Origin: Mobula hypostoma
Lineage: Eukaryota
Length of the DNA stretch: 64,000 nt
NCBI RefSeq assembly: GCF_963921235.1
Contig: NC_086097.1
Coordinates: 244,840,001-244,904,000, forward strand
Direction of reading: 5' to 3'
A program made the translations under genes and the position numbers. Within the stretch, counting starts at the first letter, position 1; every line of letters begins with the position of its first letter. Below the pieces are notes generated by a model, which was not told the DNA's origin, ran no database searches, and worked only from the letters and a program-made list of their open reading frames with translations. Of this stretch, positions 35,841 through 47,505 are shown one piece after another.

Positions 35841-36457
35841 TACTGTGCAAAAGTCTTGGGATTGCACCAAGTCCTGATCTCGACATTATTGAGGCTGTCT
35901 AAGATTACCTGGAGAGATAGAAGCAAGCAAGATAGCCTATGTCTGCAGAACTGTGGCAAGCTCTGCAAGATGCTTGGAACAACTTAATAGCTGATTTTCT
36001 TATAAAACTGCACAACAGTGCATCTAAGAGAATTAATGCAGTTTCAAAGTCACAAGGTGGTCATGCCAAATATCGATTTGATTTGAGCAACACACATCAA
36101 AGTTGCTGGTGAATGCAGCAGGCCAAGCAGCATCTCTAGGAAGAGGTACAGTCGACGTTTCAGGCTGAAACCCTTCGTCAGGTCCTGACGAAGGGTCTCG
36201 GCCCGAAACGTCGACTGTACCTCTTCCTAGAGATGCTGCCTGGTCTGCTACATTCACCAGCAACTTTGATGTGTATTGCTTGAATTTCCAGCATCTGCAG
36301 AATTCCTCATGTTATCGATTTGATTTAGTGTTTTTTTTTACTGTTTACTGATTGTAATTTTTTTGATATTTAGAAATTTTTCTCTTCATTACTTTGCAAA
36401 GCATCTTCACTTTGCAGAATTTTTTTTACATGTGCCTAAAAAGACTTTTGCACAATA
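35841..36457. mobile_element. Non-autonomous Tc1/mariner-like element
   Basis: Inverted ends tactgtgcaaaagtctt (35841) and aagacttttgcacaata (36441-36457). Confidence 0.65.
36085..36312. mobile_element. Palindromic (head-to-head) Penelope-tail insertion with two hammerhead motifs, 14-bp TSD
   Basis: Arms ~36087-36182 and ~36184-36279 are near-perfect reverse complements centred on 36183; TATCGATTTGATTT at 36071-36084 and 36313-36326; CTGACGA...GAAACGTC at 36185-36212. Confidence 0.88.
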
Positions 36458-37912
36458 ATGTATGATGAACATTTGATGTCTTTGGGTCTATGCTCACTGA
36501 AGTTTGGAAGAATGAGGGGGTTCTCATTGAAATTTATCAAATATTGAAAGGCCTAGATATAGTGGATGTGGAAAAGATGTTACCAATAGTAAGAGAATCT
36601 GGTACCAGAGGGCATAGCCTCAGAATACAAGGACATCCGTTTAGAATAGATATGAAGAGGAATCTATTTAGCCAGAGGGTGGTGAACCTGTGGAATTCAT
36701 TGCCACAGATGGCTGTGGAGGCAAAGTCTTTGGGTAGATTAGTAAGGCTGGCAAACGTTACAGTGAGAAGGCAGGAGAGAATGGGTTTGAGGAGGATAAT
36801 AAATCAACCATGATGAAATGGAGCAGACTCGATGGGCCGAGTGGCCTGATTCTGCTCCTGTGTCTTCTGGTCTTCACTATCACTTCACTTATCAGTGTCA
36901 TCCTCAAAATTCCCCATCACGTTTTTGTCTTAATGGTCGTCTTAGTTTAGTTACAATGGTTATTATTTTACCAAATCTGTTTTTGATTCCATGCAAATTC
37001 ATACCAGTTTTGTGACTCATACAGAGACTAACTCAGATATTTCTTGTTCAAATGATGGAAAAATCCCTGAAATCTGTGCATCAGTATGCAGTAGAGCATT
37101 TTTAAATTGGGTTTGCTGAAGTGACTAGGTTGGCCATTGCTTTCAATTCAACCTTGGTCAACAGTTCAGAGACAACTGGAGAGAGATGCCTTCTCATTTA
37201 ACACCAGGAAAGCATTGACATTTATTCATGTTAGGAACTGTTCTTCGGCAAGTTTGTAGAAATGAACAGAAGTTCATTATATTAAATCATTATGTGCCTA
37301 ATCCACCTAAGAGCAACAACATCGCTCTGATTTTCCTCTTACCATTAATTATGTGGGAATCACTGAAACATGATAGGAGAAGTGAAGCAACTTTATAGTA
37401 TTACTGATCCATCTTTGATTTATTATTGCTGGAGCCAAGGGATCATATCAACTGTAAGATGATAACATGATAATTTTAAGAAAGTAATTTCTTTATTTCT
37501 CAGATAGACATACTGTTCCAGCTGTGTAGGAATGCAAGTAGGAAGGGAGGCTTTGTTTCTTTTTTCAACCCACAACCTCTTCATATCTCTGTTTTTTTTT
37601 GATATTTTGCATTATCGAAAGCATTGCTTAACTGAACATCATTCAGTACTTCGTTTTTTGAAATTTTCACTCTGAATAGTTGGTACAAAATAGAACATAA
37701 ATTAACTGTTGGCTTCACTGCCGGCTGAAGAACAGTGACGATGATGATCATTCTTTAAGTGAGCTGTGACAACAGTCCACAACCAACATCCTTCTGTTTT
37801 GAAAACCTGAGTTTACAATTTTGACAGTGGATACATTTTTACAAGAAGAATATTTCAGCATCTCGATGTTTTAGTAATTGTGCTGCTCTGTACCCATCCT
37901 GATTCCTGCTAG

Positions 37913-38020
37913 TTCGGGGCAGTCGTATCCCTCGACCTAGTGTAAGTCAGGGCTGCAGCAGGGACACCAGTCGTGAAAGCAGCAGAGACACCAGTCCTGT
38001 TCGAGCCTTTACTCCACTTG
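37913..38020 (+). CDS. CLASP2: CLASP2 108-nt exon, phase 1-1, second SxIP motif (SRIP) and SxxxS kinase-site array
   Basis: gattcctgctag|TT CGG GGC AGT CGT ATC CCT ... CCA CTT G|gtaagt; (V)[35 protein letters not shown]. Confidence 0.95.
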
Positions 38021-40343
38021 GTAAGTTGAAGGAGTCCTCACTTCATGCATGGCTACCCATTTCTCTTCCACTGCCATCCAGCTCGTAGTTCTATATGGCT
38101 GCTCTCTCCTTCCATTATCCATTTCCAATAATTGAATGTGACATTAAACATCTTAACTACTTTGCGGCTGTGCATTAAGTGAATCTGGTATCTGCTTTGG
38201 AAATGCAAGTTAAATAACTTCCAGCCAAGTATTTTTTCGTTGTTTGCACATTTGTCAGACAACCGATAGTTCGAAAATCTCAACAATTTAAAATCTTTAC
38301 AGTTTGAAAAATAAGGCATAGAAGTGCTGATTGATATAAAACAAGAAGTGAATAGATTTACAAAAGGAAAGTATTTTAGCACATTGCATTATTCCCATCG
38401 TTAAAGTATTATACTGGCATGAAAAATTGAAAATTTATATTTAGACAGAGTTTGTTAATCCCTTAAATCTGTTGAACTGGGATATTATGAAAGTTTTCTT
38501 TAAAGTTGATTTTCAAAAATAGGAAATATGAATTTCTCATAGTTCTAGAATTCTTTTTAATATCACATGTTAATTTTAGCTATATAATACAATATTTATA
38601 ACACTTCATGTGGCAGGAACTTCTGAATTATTATTAGGTCATTACAGCATCATCATTATTTCTTATGGAGAAGAGGGTGAATCAGTAGATGCAATTCCTG
38701 GTGAATCTGTTTACATTTCCAAATCACCTGTTAATATTTAGAATGGACAGTCTAGTTAGATTCAACAGATACAAAATAGCTTGTCCCTTTTTAAGAAAAA
38801 CAAAGGATGAGTGGGTACTTGCCATTAGTCAGAATTTGCTGTAAGGAACTTCCCTTTGCTTTATCCACTATACTTTCTATTAGTTTTAGCAAACCTGTTT
38901 TCTGGAAGTTGAAGAACCAAGCAATGTGGCAATCTTTACAAGAATCTAGTCCCACTTTGTTCTGGAACAAAATACTGTAAAATCCCTTAAATCAGATTGA
39001 CCGAGTAAATCAGGAAGTACGGGATAAAATGATGGGAGTCCTATGTAGAATCTGACATAGAGAGGGAGGAAGATTAGGATTAGATGCAAAAAAAGTTTTT
39101 GTTTCTTTTAATATCTCCAAAAAATTAGAAGTCAGACTCTAATGACAGTTTGGAAAGAATCAAGTTGGAAGGATGCTTAGATGTTGTCTTCTGTAGTGAG
39201 CTTGGTCCATATTTACCAGAATTTCAGAGCAAAAGTCCATTTGGGGTGCTGAGTCAAATGACTCTGCAATTCAGATGTCAGGTCAATGCATATAGGAGAA
39301 CATTTCTGAATATTTGAGCTTTTGTGCACTTCACAATAATTGCTGTGTTAGCTGTATATGAATTGCAGTAAGGATGATTAACATCACCATAACTTCCACA
39401 TTTACTGGACCAAGTTATTGGATTGTCATTTAAGGTTATTCTGAAATTACTTATTTAAGTAATTATTACTTATTTAAATTTACGTTTTAATATACTTAAT
39501 AGTTATTAAAATTTTGGATATGATACTTTCACATTTCTTCAGATGCTGTGTAAAGTTTCATGAAGCTGGAAGTCATTTAACTGGTTTTATTGTATACTAT
39601 AGCATGCATTGAATGAGAAAGCTATATACTTCAATACTGAAGAATTCACTGAATATTCAACCAGAGAGAATGGCATTGCTTCAGTAGATTATTTAACTAT
39701 ATAATTTACTTGGAGATTCAGTGAATGGTAGAAAAATATTATCGAAAAAGATAGCTGTTCTTGAATGATGGAGGTGGCAATATTCCAATATTCGAATTTT
39801 GATTTATTTGTTCTTGCACAAAACTGTTGTTTTGCAAATATTAATATCTGAGTATATTTTTGTTTCATTCATTTGACTGGTAAGTTGACCAATACTTTCT
39901 CACTAAACAGAGCAGATTCATTAATTGTCAAGATACATTTTATATTATTCATGATCTATTTTACAGGGTGTGTCCAACTGTATTAAAGGCTTGTAATTAC
40001 CATGCTTGCTTCCAATTCCTATGAAACCAAGCTCTGAATTGAACATCAGATTCAATCCTATTTAGTAGGACACTGAAGCAAAATCATTTCTTCTAATATG
40101 TTGCTGAGCTCAGAGTGGTGCAGTTGTTTTATCTTTTCAGTTTGAGCAAATTATTTCAGGTTCAACATTTTGTATCTGCGTTTCAGATTTAAATCAAAAT
40201 AGTCATCAGACAATTTGTCAGATTTTTAGATAAGGAAAGAAACTAATTCTTCATTCTCTGGTCTACTTTAGTAATTGGTACTTGAAAGTTTTCCAATGAA
40301 GATGGCAGCACACTCAGATGCAGCAGCCTCTCTGGGTCCAAAC

Positions 40344-40422
40344 CAGGGGTTTCCTACCTGGGGTCCATGACCTCTCATTTAATGGTCAGGACCCATGGCA
40401 TAAAAATGGTTGGGATCCCCTG
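40344..40422. mobile_element. hAT-type MITE, second copy in opposite orientation
   Basis: TIRs caggggtttcctacc / ggttgggatcccctg; 8-bp TSD gtccaaac (40336-40343) / gtctaaac (40423-40430). Confidence 0.78.
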
Positions 40423-40489
40423 GTCTAAACAAAGGTGTAATTGTTCGTCCTCTGCATCTTTTTCACAATCACAAGACTCTGCTGGATAG

Positions 40490-41375
40490 AGAAAATTGGT
40501 GAAGGGGCAGGTAGTTGAGGAAACGGGTAGGCTGCAGAAGGACTTAGACAGATTAGGAGAATGGGCATGAAAGTAGCAAATGAAATGCAGTGTTGGAAAA
40601 TGCATGGTCATGCACTTTGATAGTAGAAATAAATGTGCAGACTATTTTCTAAACGGAGAAAATCCAAAAATCTGAGATGCAAAGGGACTTGGGAGTCCTT
40701 GTGCAGAACATAATAAAGGTTAATTTGCAGGTTGAGTCAGTGGTAAGGAAGGCAAATGCAATATTAGCATTCATTTCAAGATGTCTAGAATACAAGAGCA
40801 GGCATGTGATGCTGATCCTTTGCAAGGCAGTGGCGAGGCCTTACCCAGAGTACTATGTACAGTTTTGGTCTCCTCATCTAAGAAAAATGTGGCAGCATTA
40901 GAGAGGGTTCATAGAAGGATGGTTCCAGAAATGAAAGAGTTATCATACGAGGAGTATTTAGTGGCTCTGGGTCTGTACTCGCTGGAATTTAGAAGGAAAC
41001 CTTTCAAATGTTGAAAGCCCTAGACAGAATAAATGTGGAAAGGATGTTCCCCATGATGGGGGAGTCTAGGACAAGAAGGCACAGCCTCAGGATAGAAGGA
41101 CGACCATTTAAAACAGAGATGCAGAGGAATTTCTTTAGCTTAGGAGTGGTAAGTGTGTAGAATTTGTTACCACAGGCAGCTGTGGAGGCTAGGTCAGTGG
41201 GTGTATTTAAGGCAAAGTTTGATAGGTTCTTGATTGGACATGGTAGCAAAAGTTGCGGTAGAAGGCTGGGGAGTGGGGCTGAGGGGAAGAAAGGATCAGC
41301 CATGATTGAATGACAGAGCAGACTTGATGGGCCAAATGTCCTAATTCTGCTCCTATATCTTATGGTCTTATGGTC
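40490..41375 (+). mobile_element. CR1 3' fragment
   Basis: QRDLGVLV...KANAILAFISR...EYYVQFWSPHLRK; (tcttatgg) tail at ~41358. Confidence 0.85.
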
Positions 41376-42274
41376 TCTTAGCAACACCCAGTAATGCAGG
41401 TGTACCCCACTAGTGATTTGCTGGATAGTAGTGGAGTCGTACTTGTTGCCCATTGGGTTGCAGTGGGTGGTTCACTGGGTCGTTGGTGAGACCAATGGCA
41501 AGGGAGCTGCACTGCCTGGATTGTTGCGTGGACAAGGCCCTCATGCCTTGGGGTTGCCTGTTACTGCTAGGGATGGAGACGCTGCAGCTGGCTGTGTGCT
41601 GCTGGATTGGGGACTGGCCCCTTCAGTCACTGTTGCCCTCTAGCGGTTTGCTTCCAGAAAGACAAGCTGGATTGCACTTGTCTGCGGCTGCACTAGCATG
41701 AGATGCAGAACTGCAGCGGGCTTGCAGAAGCATGACTCCAGGACAACATCCATATACCATCAATCTACAGTATTCGGGCATGGGCTATATATATTTATTT
41801 TTGTCTTGTAACTGTATGTTTTTCTGCTATCGTAATTATATGTGTTATGTGTGCTGTGTGTGATTGTTCGTATCGTGCCAGAGGAACGCTGTTTTGGTTG
41901 GCTGTATGGTTGAATGACAGTTGAACTTGAACAAAATCTTTTAAAAAATTCACAATTAAATTTTTGATCAACTGCAGAATCTTTTTCCTTTAGTTTTATT
42001 TGAAAAGAAATATGGTGTTTGAACAATGTATTTTATACTGTGCCTTGCAAAGCTCAAAAATCTTAAAGGAACATTGCTTTTACCATTCTGTATATGGATA
42101 GCCTAAACTTATTCCAGTGATAAGTTGGTGTTGATTTTTGAGTGAGAAAAATAAAGACAACTGGTGTTTATTGTACTGCTCAAGCTAAGATCATAATATT
42201 CTGGGTGTTTTTGACACTGTAATACAAGGCTTGGCAATGTAATAGACAAGATTTATGTCATCCTATACTTGCAG

Positions 42275-42337
42275 CTTCCAGACATCACTCCCGATCAACT
42301 GGTGCTCTCTACAGCTCAGATACATACTCAGCTTCAG
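42275..42337 (+). CDS. CLASP2: CLASP2 63-nt exon, phase 1-1, (A)SRHHSRSTGALYSSDTYSAS
   Basis: atacttgcag|CT TCC AGA CAT CAC ... GCT TCA G|gtgaaa; matches recalled ASRHHSRSTGALY. Confidence 0.92.
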
Positions 42338-43715
42338 GTGAAAAGGGGATTACAGCATGTGAATGTCTGTCTTATGCAAACATTTCAGTTTGAATCCTTA
42401 GTTGGCATGTTTCTAAGTTTATCATCTTTATTTTGTCATCACTTTAGTTACAGAATGGTTCAAAAGTGCACAATGTTGCAGAGATGTTTATATCCACCGT
42501 CTGGTGAAGAAAATTCAGATATTTGACCTCTCCAATATGTCCTTTTGCACTCTTCCCAAGTGATCTTTGCACAACATCTTGGATGTTATAACAGAAGAGT
42601 TCCTTTTCCATCACAGCTCCATTTTTAATTCAAATTTAGCCAGTGTTTTTGTAACACTTCCCCAGAACATTCTTTCCTGCCTGAATTACCATGTATTATA
42701 AAATATTCAATACTGACAACAGACAAAGCTTTCTCTTCTAGACAGAATTAAGTAGATAAGACCTGGGCTGTTTAGAGCTGCCACATCCATCAGTAAATGG
42801 CGATGGACAATTAAAAAGCTAAGAAGATGGGGTGGGTGAGGGTGCTCCAAATATGAAGGAGCTCAGTATGTGAATGCTCATCACCTGCTCAGCTGAAGTA
42901 CTTGTAGCTATAGTTTCAAGCAGAGTGTCAACTGATTCAGATTCATTTAACATCAAACATACAATAAAATGTGCAGTTTGTGTTAACAAATAACACCACC
43001 AAGGATGTGCTAGAGGCAGCCCACAAGTGTCGCCACACATACTAGCACCGAAATAAAGTTCATTAGACCATCAGTGACTGCAGCAACAAAACAACAACAG
43101 CAAAAATAAACCCCTTTCCTCCCTAACATCCAACATCTGTCCATGGAGATCAGTGGCTCTCAACTGTGGAGCGATCTGACCTGATTTCGTAACCTGACCC
43201 CTAACTCCCTACATTGTCCCCAAAACCATCCCTACAAAACATAAAAGAACTACTAGATCTGAACCACGACCTCCGGACATTTGAACTCGGTGCCATCTTG
43301 ACCAGAAACTAAATAAAACATCTCACCTTCTTTCTAATAACCTATCATCACACAAGCTGGTCTTCAAACAATTTGACTAATTCTGTGTCATCTTCAAGAA
43401 GGAGCTGAGTGGACTGGATACAGCAAAGGTAATGGTACCAAAGGATGTGCATGCTGTGCTACCCGAAGACTTGCTGTCCAGAATTGGTCACACCTTCAGC
43501 CAAGTTGTTCCAGTGTAGCTACATTACAGGCTTCAACCCAACAAAGCAGAAAACTGAAAATCATCCTGTCTGCAAAAAGACATGTTAAATCAAGCTAATT
43601 AACTTCTCCATCCATCTACTTTCAGCTGTGGACAAAGTGATGAGTGGGCTCGCAGTACTTAGTCAGTAATCAATAATCCGCTCACTGGTGTGCATGTTCA
43701 ATCCCAGCAGAATCT

Positions 43716-44280
43716 TGCAACACACACACACAAAATGCTGGAGGAACTCAGCAGGCCAAGCAGTATCTATGGAAAAAAGTACAGTCGACGTTTCAGGACT
43801 GGAGTGAAAAATCTGAGAAATAGGTTAGAAAGGTGGGGGGAGGGGAGAGAGAAATGCCAGAGAAACGCTAGGTGAAACTTGGAGGGGGAGGAATGAAGCA
43901 AAGAGACAGAAGGCCATGGATGAAAGAAAAAAGGGGAGGGGGAGCACCAGAAGGAGACAATGGGTGAGCAAGGAGATAACATGAGAATGGGACAAGGGGA
44001 TGGGAAATGGTGAAGGGGAGGGGGGGATCCTTTCTGCTTCTAATAAACTTCAGCTCTGATCCAGGCACAGACAAGAGAGTGACTGCCCTTGACATTAACT
44101 TCTAATCTGGCCAAGTATCGGAATAAGAAGCTCCGGTAAGCCTGATCCCTTTGAAGAGTCTTGAGCCAAAATGTTGACTATTTATTCCTTCCATTGATGC
44201 TGCTTGACCCGCTTAGTTCCTCCAGCATTTTGTGTGTGTTGCTCTGCATTTCCAGCATCCGAAGAATCTCTTGTGTTTCT
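43716..44280. mobile_element. Two inverted Penelope tail fragments (minus ~43716-44030, plus ~44150-44280)
   Basis: gcaacacacacacaaaatgctggaggaactcagc and its reverse complement agttcctccagcattttgtgtgtgttgc. Confidence 0.7.
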
Positions 44281-47154
44281 GGTAAAACTCAAGTCAGTTG
44301 CATTTGAGGAGAAACCAGCCATACCTCATGTAAAAGAGAATGGTCAAGAATTTTGGAGATCAGACATTTGAGCCAACCTTCCCGGCAGCAGTTCCTCAGA
44401 GCAGTGCCTTCGGCTCATCTGCTTTATCAGTGATCTTCCTTCCTCCATAAAGTCAAACAAAAATCACAGTCACTGAAGATGATGTAACAGTTTTCAATTT
44501 CATTCACAATTCCTCCGAAAATTAGCTGGATAACCTTCAAGCAAGATCTGATGTGATATTTATGTCACCAAAAATAGGTGGGAGTCAGCTATTAACCTCT
44601 AATGTTCAAGACTTACCAAAGTTCAAAATAAATTTATTATCAAAGTATGTACACTCCTGTATCTAATAAAGCAGCCACTGAGTGGTCTTCTGCAGCTGTA
44701 GCCTATCCACTTTAAGGTTCGACATGCTGTGTGTTCAGAGATGTTCTTCTGCGTAGCAGCCTCCCGAAGCTGATGAATCTGTACTTCCTCTTGTTCATCA
44801 TTACTGATCGTACTTCATAATGGCACAGAATGTGGTATACTGGTGCCATCACTGATTTGTTTGGCTGCTATTGACAAACATAGTTGCCAAAATGTGCCTG
44901 CATCTGTTGGTAGAGGAGAAAATGATGGATAAACTGGCTCCACCTAATTCTGTGCAACATTTCTGTTGTAGATACATGTACCCAATTCTGCAGTACTGGA
45001 AGGAACTCAGACACAAAACCCAACACAAGCACAGAAGCATTTGCTTCAAGTTCCAAAGACGTACTCCATTTTGGGTTCCACTCAAGATTTTCACATCTCA
45101 GAAACCAGATTCAGCCAATTCAAGTCTGTCCTTAAGCAAGTTACTGAGTGCACAGAGTCTGGCAAATTTTTCAACAAAACCAATATTATTCTACTGAGCA
45201 TTCTTCTCTTTGAAGACGCTTCTGATGAAGTTTGCAGTTAGAGAGGCCCAGCAAATTAAAAGCCTTGGGAATTAAGAGAACTGGAAAACGCTACTGAGCT
45301 GGAATCATATTTTTGCTCTGGCAACCACTGGGGTTAAGGGTAGTGTGCTACCACGAAGTGAAGATGCCTATGTGGATAGAATTGAACATCAGATATTGTG
45401 TGGTCTTAACTGAGTATAACCTTCATCCAATTACAAAGACTCAAGATCATTTGAGAGCAGGGCTCAACTGGGTGGATTTATCATAGATTATGTATCCACA
45501 AAATTGTCTTGTCAAACAGCCTACACAAGGATTATACTTCTTGGAGACATCTCAAGACATTGTTGCAGGAGTTGCTCAGGACGACAGACAGAATCCTGAC
45601 CCATCTATCCATAGATGTTTATTCATAAAGGTACAGGTGGAGATACTTGCGTGTGGCTATACAGAGTTCGTTCCTCAGATTATGGTAACTGACCACACCC
45701 GCTGCAAGATTTACCATGCCATCATCGACAGACATTTTGATCTTCAGCTAACATTTAGGCTTGATCCAGGTGACAAGTAAGCTTCATGCCATACCAGTAC
45801 AAGTAATTGAAAAATCCAACAAAGAGTCTAACATTAACAAATTACACACTATCAAAATCCAGAGATCATCATCGACCAAAGCCATTATTAGACTGATTAC
45901 GTGGCTGTCAGTACTAACTGAAAGTTGAGAATCTTCTGGAAAGTGTCTTATTTCCTGTTGTACTGGAGTTTTCCAACACTTACAAAATAGGAATCTATTT
46001 GCCAGTTCACCTGAGCTCTAACAGTCTTCAAGACAGTTAAGACTGCCCTCTCTAAGGTACAGCAAATTGAATTTGTAATATTATCACACCATTGTTATTG
46101 AGTCAAAACCATTAATCAACACTGCCTTGCAACTGCATCGGCTCAAGATACCAGACAATGCCTTTACAAAACCATTCAGAAATTGATAATTGACCTTGCC
46201 AACAAGACCAATGTTCCACAAAAGAAACATGCCCCTTATTACAAGTATATGTAATCTTTTTGAGCTTTTATTTTACTATCATTCATAAAATCAGGTACTG
46301 TATGATTCCCTTATTTTCAAAGTTCGAAGTAAATTTATTGTCAAAGTACCTATATATGGTGCCATCCACAACCCTGAGGTTCATTATCTTGTGGGCAAAC
46401 TCAACAAATCCGTAATAGAATAATATCCATAATAGAATCAATGAAAGGGTACCCTAACGGGCATTCAGTGAGTGTGCAAAAGATAGCAAACTGTGCAAAC
46501 ACAAAAAGAAAGAAATAATAATAAATGAGCAATAAATATCGAGAGCATGAGATGAAGAGTCCTTGAAAGTGAGTCCATAGGTTGTGGGGACATAGTCAGT
46601 GTCCAGTTTGTATAAAACTGTGAAGTCTCTTAGCATTTTTAATGGTCTTTGCAAGTGAGTATCCACCTGATCTGGACACTAGTAGTTTTCACTTGACTGG
46701 ACAGAGTGCCCCAAAGTCTTGATGCAGGATCTCGGTCTGAAATGTTGACTGTTCATTCCCCTCCATAGATACTGTCTGACCTGCTAAGATCCTTCAGTAT
46801 TTGAGTGTGGGACATCCAATGTTATTTTATGGTTACATAATTAGCCCCTTTCAATTGCAACACAGATTGTAAAGAGTACCATCACAAAACAGCTTTTCCA
46901 TTTCTCAGCACTGCAGCATTTTAAATGAAAAAGCATTATGTGTCGTCTGACTGAATGATCCAAATCCTTTTCAGCACTTTCTGTTTGATATCTTTATAAG
47001 TATTTTGCATGTGAACATTTATCCTCCAGTGTTTATTTTTCTCCAATTAATCATAACTAAAATCCCATTTCATGTTTTATTTGTTAATATTAAAGGAAAT
47101 GCCAAATGTATGAACGAGTTATCAATTTGTTTTTTTTTTCTTGCTAAACAGCAG

Positions 47155-47264
47155 GGTCTGATCGCTATGGGTTTAATCAGACGAGTAAATTGTCTGCATC
47201 AGTGAGTGCCATGCGAGTCCTCAATACAGGATCTGATGTAGAGGAAGCTGTTGCAGATGCTTTG
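47155..47264 (+). CDS. CLASP2: CLASP2 110-nt exon (113 nt with upstream NAGNAG acceptor), phase 1-0
   Basis: poly-T tract, aaacagcag| acceptor, gtaagc donor; (G)SDRYGFNQTSKLSASVSAMRVLNTGSDVEEAVADAL. Confidence 0.95.
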
Positions 47265-47505
47265 GTAAGCATTGCTAAGGTATATGGTCAGTTTTCCATT
47301 AATCATCCAAAATCAATTGAGTGCCTTTAAAAAGTTCCAATACAAAGGGAGCCTTTTTCTGGTTGGCTGCCTATCGAATATTGAAAAGCCTTGATAGAGT
47401 GGATATAGAGAGGATGCTTCCTATGGTAGGAGAGTCTAGAACCAGAGGACATAACCTCAGATGAAATAGCAGAGCAGACTTGATGGACCACTATCTTCTG
47501 ATCTT

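Larger units (their letters stand above)
35745..36872 (+). mobile_element. CR1 3' fragment interrupted by a Tc1-like element
   Basis: ORF 36490..36813 (TRGHSLRIQGHPFR...FSQRVVNLWNSLP) joins the fragment at 35745-35836. Confidence 0.75.

Noticed and set aside
43350..46200. Degraded L2-like LINE and ORFs 44849-45780
   Set aside because: Too decayed to assign boundaries or family confidently; the ORFs have no recognisable motifs.
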